Part shown: piece after piece, positions 59,801 through 64,000 of the stretch
Layout: each line of letters opens with the position of its first letter
Position numbering within the stretch: position 1 is the stretch's first letter
Origin: Amoebophrya sp. A120
Lineage: Eukaryota > Protista > Dinoflagellata
Length of the DNA: 64,000 nt
Assembly: GCA_905178155.1 (NCBI GenBank)
Contig: CAJINV010000022.1
Span: 565,799-629,798 of the forward strand
Reading direction: 5' to 3'
Notes under the pieces: generated by a model
Databases searched by the model: none
Told to the model about the DNA's origin: nothing
What the model saw: the letters and a program-made list of their open reading frames with translations, nothing else
Position numbers and translations under genes: made by a program

Positions 59801-59929
59801 GCTTTTCGCTTACGTTATTTTTATCAAGTAGGAGGAGAAAATTTGTACTGTAGTCGTAAGTTTTTAGAGGACAAAATCAGTGGACTTCGTCAGTTCGTGC
59901 TGGGGGCGGTTTGTGTATATGATTCTTAA
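53831..59929 (+). CDS. pol: Gypsy Pol (RT, RNase H, integrase), same frame as gag-PR after one TGA
   Basis: RLVVDYR, LDLSMGYNQ, VFIDD; IDAS..EKE..DH..ADALSR; H..H..CLVC, FIDHHGP..CDNG..E; the ORF ends 18 nt inside the 3' LTR. Confidence 0.93.
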   Translation, partial: LSFEDKNLESCKTGLAAGLKGFARCTASNCNTAARKSKRKNEGEKRVRFLLPGEAIYFEVGEYEKQELPMEFKTGLRKYLYDEDKNYEKNSPATVLQNKVEKALQIKAKNWEQEERKTKKTVQISSLPDDREFIPGGSFLLDPTAVGNKPIRNPTFNAGLSNSENERRNLLCGKQDLWSSFEKGMEINNHEQALTTSTEELEFFPREREQDGEGIATPVTEEFEDESKEVNFSGVRNFEMGEDDFQVGFSGLGGPPHEVDPNSSTALEGKYRMCMMKEEEELDERKEELEEEEEDAALSCPDHPSSGNSELQKEIKLCTMQQTVRIPSEDEVCIRVHLDEEKFERNKVYNLQGRGGGALPGFVIEPSVIVLTMETACMPIVLRVSHSSRTSRKLGVASFVVREHSDRPISKQEIDSAVLGLSILPRGPELSKTLYCNLARAVGDDGNSEQDTTSRGRSFSKIRSRFHGAKYKNEENKYKDFEEEKKLLEEEIADKKSKWKAGGDKLLRTSQEWKDRVRKAQEEKLVDLPEPLRTQMIELVVENAEHLHDDGAEFPQLKGILARHVIKPNPQWKAIQPYKTNPLDEIRTKFLLEEHIFENKIRPLDLSKEQPPPHTSPTLVADRKNHRTRRLVVDYRFYNQQVEDQATVMPRADDIFKKLIHGNPKWFVVLDLSMGYNQMLLSPCTAPYLSWSTKSGIFIPVRLPLGPKWAPALFQSHTQNVFGFLEWLSVFIDDLTHNAKDDEELLQRVAELFKRCKESGFCLSLRKSVFGASSVEVLGFEIDRNGRTVCAKKRKVLQMWPLPTNSEALKSLLCFSNYLREFIPRFPDLAHVLRPYSEKQKRWSGFAQDAEAQDALEKLKHALDAHVYLVSIDVEAARAWRTSGRPIEVFIDASDIACSFVVTQRPAPHQKPQPVYFQSKTWNPTERSWSTMEKEIFAMHYWCLEGADEVSRYEYLLYFDHKNEGPHEMASLWANTRVSSKVRRWISEIMERLGSCYRIFLAGEWNVVADALSRTWWGQQDADAEEVANSVGIPKYVSDFIEFLFDAKKPEIGKQHDKRDLEVATKVSSMVSCPVSQLIFNMFENPNRLRGQFFLQFMSRFPVYGFLQLQSKFLPAISHKHALEIKCYSTDTRGKAWHIEAKCKVQKYSWSNLVRLRKADNDDRQARYDVARSFRQWLMTLTPKAGHAEEFRCYTVLPDVFSEYRGDYEMDSISRTILNYNPSTMAIQWPEVVCPNPVKLDTLAVGGESHSFLDGVYKCNCKTPLIPALLQAAEQDQDFENHEPRPDNSGEEFAGEEEEFLFAADDEEFFPDPLEELFGEPAEPVQHAVLVAEDPARQENEMELEASDGEPVEDEEDDLLQDAPQAVPVAHKSQQQQKAKAGEQIRKFAWVVLKGEEPKLEQFDAGKLYSEIWHDERKTGKAQHLKWVAATGVDLLGGADLVWDASWGTLRVVLFFRAKAKNTFRILFGRPIEILVEVAGSSAQLPEDIRSNSKYLGALLIGKKRLFQEIATVEISVARLELAREQRGDEHYGPICHAVSAKDEHEDDGDLEWFDILLREMKLPRKEAKKLARRLRMGDFRFDDDGVLVQNVEGVWCTCVPTTFQLHLLQESHDKHHGTVSATLSRLRNENLWWVGIEAMAEEYCDVRCLVCGIERAKQRTDAFYFADRVTHFGEIFFIDHHGPYEQSRLGNKYLLTVVDAATGYGWIFPVANTSLPLVVAHLKTVFHDQGHCTAIRCDNGFGTQKGVLGKFLKSKKIKFRPGSRENPRGQWPIEFPHKDMRCFIATKMRFMSKKNTWDLYASELQWFWRTLERPAWGNKSAHEFRFNEKPRMELSTVAKRVEEIFDDNEDGLDVLDFKTRQKNEVLLRHRYRRENTFTQNDERVALNNNTLFRVGDIVYYHNIRAEIRRKDILSGLNHAALFMIKQVISPTTMYLVDWRDSIEQISFVQPVHRKNLSSTGLRVENFVVDLNRQHYCEAEKCNYFVVHYDAFRLRYFYQVGGENLYCSRKFLEDKISGLRQFVLGAVCVYDS

Positions 59930-60562
59930 TGGTTAAGCACGAACTGCCTCTCCACGCAATACAAATCCACTGGTTCAGAATTTTACCGATCTATTTTTCC
60001 GATCCTGTTTTACAAATGTATGATGTTCTTTCTTGGGGAAGTAGGGATCTCATTTTTATCGTATTATCAAATCTGTAATGCAAGTGGCTTTTCTGCTCGC
60101 AAATGCCCGATCAAGATGCTCTTCCGTCGGTGGTAAATCCTGTATGATTTCTAAATGGTTTTTTTTGGATCTTCGTGTATGATTCTCATGGTGTTCAGCC
60201 GGTCGCAAGCACTATGGCATTTACCAATCGCTTTTCGTGGTCGCGCATTACAAATTCGCACTGTATAATTGTCGCTCTTTCTTTAACTCAATCGTCAAGG
60301 CGTCGGAGGGTAAAAATAGCATTACAAATCGTATTTCGTACTAAATTATAGGAGTAGAATCCGCATTACATCGTGGGGAAACATCGTTTTGGTGCATTAC
60401 AAATTGGTAGGACATAAAGACCGATAGGAAACACGGAAACTAACGCACGAACATCGGGGAAAGAAATAAACTGTCGCGAAACCGCACCTGATTGCGGTCT
60501 ATTTGGATTATTTGGGATAATATTTGTGTTCTAACCTCTCCATTTTGAAACTAGATCCTTCA
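59912..60562 (+). repeat. Gypsy 3' LTR (also 5' LTR of the following copy)
   Basis: Preceded by purine tract GGGGGCGG (59902-59909), followed by a second PBS and gag start. Confidence 0.85.
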
Positions 60563-61590
60563 ATTGGTGGAGAACCTGGGCAATAATTCGACTAGCTGCT
60601 TACGATTTACGGCGTAAAATTTGCTATACATTATTTACGGTTTGGGGATTATCGATTATCTATTTTACGAGTTTGCAATGCACTATTTACGGTTCTTGGG
60701 GTTCTATCACTACTAATTTTTATCGGGGAAGTAACTTACTGCAAGATATTTTTACTGGTTTCGCTCGGGTTACAGCTTTCTTTGCGTAAATTTAGTCGCG
60801 CTGCAATCAGATTGACAAAAATATTATGTTCTTCGGCCGAACACGAAACTACGAACAACAACGACAAGAAGACACCGACTGGGATTCGCCGGCATCCTTG
60901 CCATTAATTTCGGGCTTCCGCTCTTGCAATCGCGCGGTGCAGCAGCAACCACAAGGGGACCGAACACAGCAACTACAGGAATTTTGGGAACGGGTTAAAA
61001 CCATTCGCACTAAGCGCCGGGGGAAAATGGACGACGATATTCCGCATCGGGGTGCACCAACCCCGATGTCACCACTGAGCGCAGTCTCGCTAACGGAGCA
61101 AATTATGGCGGAAGTCAGTACGGCGACGGCTACGCAGCCCAGCGGAGGAAGCACAAACGCCGACCCACCGGCCGCGGCAACTATCACTACTACTCCTACT
61201 GCTACCACCAGCGGAGCAACGGAAACGGGTGGAACAACCACTACTACTACTGGCATAGCAACTACTACCACGACTACTGGAACAACAACTACCACTACGG
61301 GAACAGCTGAGGGAGCGCGCGACGGAGGAACAACTTCAGGGGAACAGGCGAAAAGCTTCGCGACCCAGGTCATTCGGGGCCTAGTAGTAATGGTAGTCCA
61401 GCTGCTATTTTGGGTCATTGAACTGGTGGTGACGGTCATCTTCGCCTGCGGGAAAGAAATCTGCGTTCGCACAGCAGGCCTGGCATTCAGCGGAGGAAAA
61501 TGCGTGATCAACTGGGGAAAAGAAATTCGGATTAGCGCGGCGGGAATGAAAGCCGATGTTGGCCACACGAGCACAACGCCGGCCCCTGCC
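60563..61590 (+). mobile_element. Start of a second Gypsy internal region (PBS, leader, gag 5' part) ending at an N gap
   Basis: Matches 50145-51172; N at 61591. Confidence 0.8.
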
Positions 61591-61975
61591 NCGAGAATTT
61601 GTAATGCGAAGCAGCTTGATCGTCTGGCGGGTCATGGTCATTTTGCATGACAAACCATGTAACAGTTGAGAATGTCACGTTTGAGAACCCCATAACACTG
61701 ACATTCTACAAGCACTGCGGAACGCAGGCTTCGAGCCAGATCACGGTGTACTAGATCCAAACGTCGACTCCCTCGTGTATGAACATGGAAAAAAATTTAA
61801 GTCAACCAGGACACAAAGTTTTTGATATCCAGAGCTCATCGATAGTTCATGTAAAAGAGGAGCTCTCAAACTCAACTTCTGCAGCGGGTGCTCATAAACT
61901 GCTCCGTAATAAGTAAGTATAATGGGCTTAGGCTCCTGCGCAACAGGAGGCGCTGAGATAGAATCTTGAATGTAG

Positions 61976-63844
61976 TTGCAGCTGCTTGACTCCTCCCAAT
62001 TTTCCCACGATTCTGCAGTGGACGATGACGACCCTCGGCCGACCTGGTTGGACGGTGTGGAGACGCGGACCAGGCAGGTGCATTATGCTGTGCAAAAGTA
62101 TCGTACTCTTATTGCAATCATGCATTACAAATCTTTTCGTTATAGGGAAATCCGCATTACAAATTTTAGTTCTCATGCTGAGAAAATTTGTAATGCATTT
62201 ATACGAGTACGATACTTTTGCAGTTCATATGCATGCGCAGCGGACAATCCGAGATAGCACAGGACAACCTCGGACTATTCGCTACACCGAGTACGGCCTG
62301 CACCGCAAAGTTTACCTCCGCAAACTGCCCGAAATTTTGCCGCTCCACGTGAACCGCTTCACATACCAGACTGACGGAACAAGCATCACCAGGAAAAAAA
62401 TGCAGTATCTGGACATTCCCTTTCTATTCTACATCGACGCCCAGGCGAGAAGAAATGGTGGTCAAAGCGGCATCAACACGGAGTTTGAACGTATCAACTG
62501 TAAAAATGTCTGGGTCTGGAAGATTCTGACACTTGTCATGCACGTTTTGCATGAGCCCTGATGTCTGTGATACATGCCCTAGCATCACAGATTTTTTGAG
62601 AGCTTCCTGTTGCCTATTCCGCATGACAAATGCCCTCTCCGCGTAGCAAAAATTACGTTCCTTTTGGTACTCATGCAATACAGATTTTTCTGGAATGCAA
62701 ATGCAGCATCACAAGTTGCAATCTTCCAGACCCAGACACTTTTGCACTTGATAGAACGTGCGCGAGTGCGAAATCCCAAATCCCCTGAGGACGCACGCGA
62801 CTACAGAGATATCAAATGCAAAAATGTCTGGGTCTGGAAAATTGCCAGGTTTGTCATGCATATTTTGAATGACCCATGATGTCTGTGATGCATGCCCTAG
62901 CATCACAGATTTTTAGAGGACTTTGCGATGCCTCCACCGCATGAGAAATGCCCTCTCCACGTAGCACAAACTAGAGTCCTTTTGCTGGTCATGCAATACA
63001 AATTCTTCTAGAATCCAGAGACAGCATTACAAGTTTAGAATCTTCCAGACCCAGACATTTTTACGTTTGATAAGAGAGTGGGAAAGGCAAGTGCAGGAAC
63101 GGGGCATGGAAGCTGTGTCGCAGGCGTACGAATATCCTCTGCAAAAGTATCGCACTCGTATAAATGCGAATCTTGCATTACAAATCTTTTTATCAAGGCA
63201 AATCCGCATGACACATTCCATTTCTCATGCTAAGGAAATCTGTATTGCAATTAATACTAGTACGACACTTTTGCAATGCATAACGAACTGCATGCGGTGA
63301 TTTTGCACCACGGTCCAAGGGCCAATGCCGGCCACTACACGGCGGTTGTGAACATCGGTACGCAGCAATCTCCGCAGTGGCGACATTTCGACGACGGGCG
63401 TGTGATAGTCATCCCGACTACTACTGGCTCTTTGTATCAAATGCAAATATTTGCTTGGGTGTCGAAGAAGATTGCAAGGCTTGTATTATTCAAGTTTTCC
63501 ATGCCCAATGAGGTTGAGGTCTGGAAAAATGCGGGGCGTAGCATGACAGATTCTGTGCGGTCTTTCTATTTGTCATGCCTGTTCTGCATGACAAACTCCT
63601 TCTAACCTTGAGCAAAATTAATAGGGCAACTCTTAGGTGTCATGCACAGGATGCATCACAAGTTAGCGCCGTTTTTTGTTTATTTCCAGACCCAGACAAA
63701 TGCGCAGTGCATACTTTGAGCGGATACCTGAAAGAACGAAACGCGGAGGGAAAGACTGTGTGCATGCTTCTGTACAAAAAGCCCAGGCATAGCACTGGTT
63801 TCGTGCTCTCTGGGCCAAAACGGGTCGCACAGCAGCGACGGTGA
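61976..63844 (+). CDS. USP paralogue, C-terminal part, with 5 introners
   Basis: Spliced model colinear with ORF 1497 (DPRPTWLDG, YGLHRKVYLRKLPEIL, YELHAVILHHG..GHYTA..WRHFDD, MLLYKK); ends GFVLSGPKRVAQQRR*. Confidence 0.85.
62084..62229. mobile_element. TIR introner family B
   Basis: Perfect TGCAT repeat; empty site in the first USP. Confidence 0.95.
62492..62753. mobile_element. TIR introner family A
   Basis: Perfect GAACG repeat; empty site in the first USP. Confidence 0.95.
62810..63072. mobile_element. TIR introner family A
   Basis: Perfect AGAGA repeat; empty site in the first USP. Confidence 0.95.
63133..63282. mobile_element. TIR introner family B
   Basis: Perfect ACGAA repeat; restores YE-LHAVILH. 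Confidence 0.95.
63435..63713. mobile_element. TIR introner family A
   Basis: Perfect CTTTG repeat; frame restored. Confidence 0.9.
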
Positions 63845-64000
63845 ATCTCGCTGCAATTTTTCTCCGAAACATGATCAAACGGGTTACGGTGCACACGGGC
63901 CGTCGCGCGAGGAAGAGAAAAACCCAGAAGAGGAAAAGCTGGGAAATAAAATGGTAGCGCAGATAGAAAATCAGCACATGAACCGGGTGCAGCAAAGTGG

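Larger units (their letters stand above)
49494..60562 (+). mobile_element. Ty3/Gypsy LTR retrotransposon
   Basis: 651-bp LTRs TG...CA at 49494-50144 and 59912-60562, identical by eye; order PR-RT-RH-IN. Confidence 0.93.

Noticed and set aside
654-63713. Recurrent short ORFs with [27 protein letters not shown] or CKSIVL as a protein family
   Set aside because: They are translations of the introner TIRs in different frames.
1-64000. Dinoflagellate spliced-leader relic (CCGTAGCCATTTTGGCTCAAG), rRNA or tRNA genes
   Set aside because: No convincing match seen by eye; the tRNA-like strings are only primer-binding sites.
1-64000. Autonomous DDE transposase for the introners
   Set aside because: The only DDE domains found are the two retroelement integrases.

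Overview
Eukaryotic (protist) nuclear DNA. The + strand genes are interrupted by about 45-50 short (143-350 bp) inverted-repeat elements. These start TAT, end ATA, are flanked by 5-bp direct repeats, and fall into at least five TIR families. Removing an element plus one direct-repeat copy restores reading frames and conserved motifs, so they behave as non-canonical, non-GT-AG introns (introners). This organisation matches what has been reported for the syndinian dinoflagellate Amoebophrya (taxon is my inference). Reconstructed genes are two USP (peptidase C19) paralogues, an Mps1/TTK-like kinase with a transmembrane helix and mucin-like tail, an RFC small subunit carrying 13 introners plus one GT-AG intron, and several lineage-specific families. 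There are also two young LTR retrotransposons. The Copia element (18670-24960) has separate gag and pol ORFs and a half-tRNA-iMet-type PBS. The Ty3/Gypsy element (49494-60562) has a gag-PR ORF and a pol ORF in the same frame, separated by one UGA-CUA stop, and a second copy begins before an N gap. All coordinates and alignments were read by eye.
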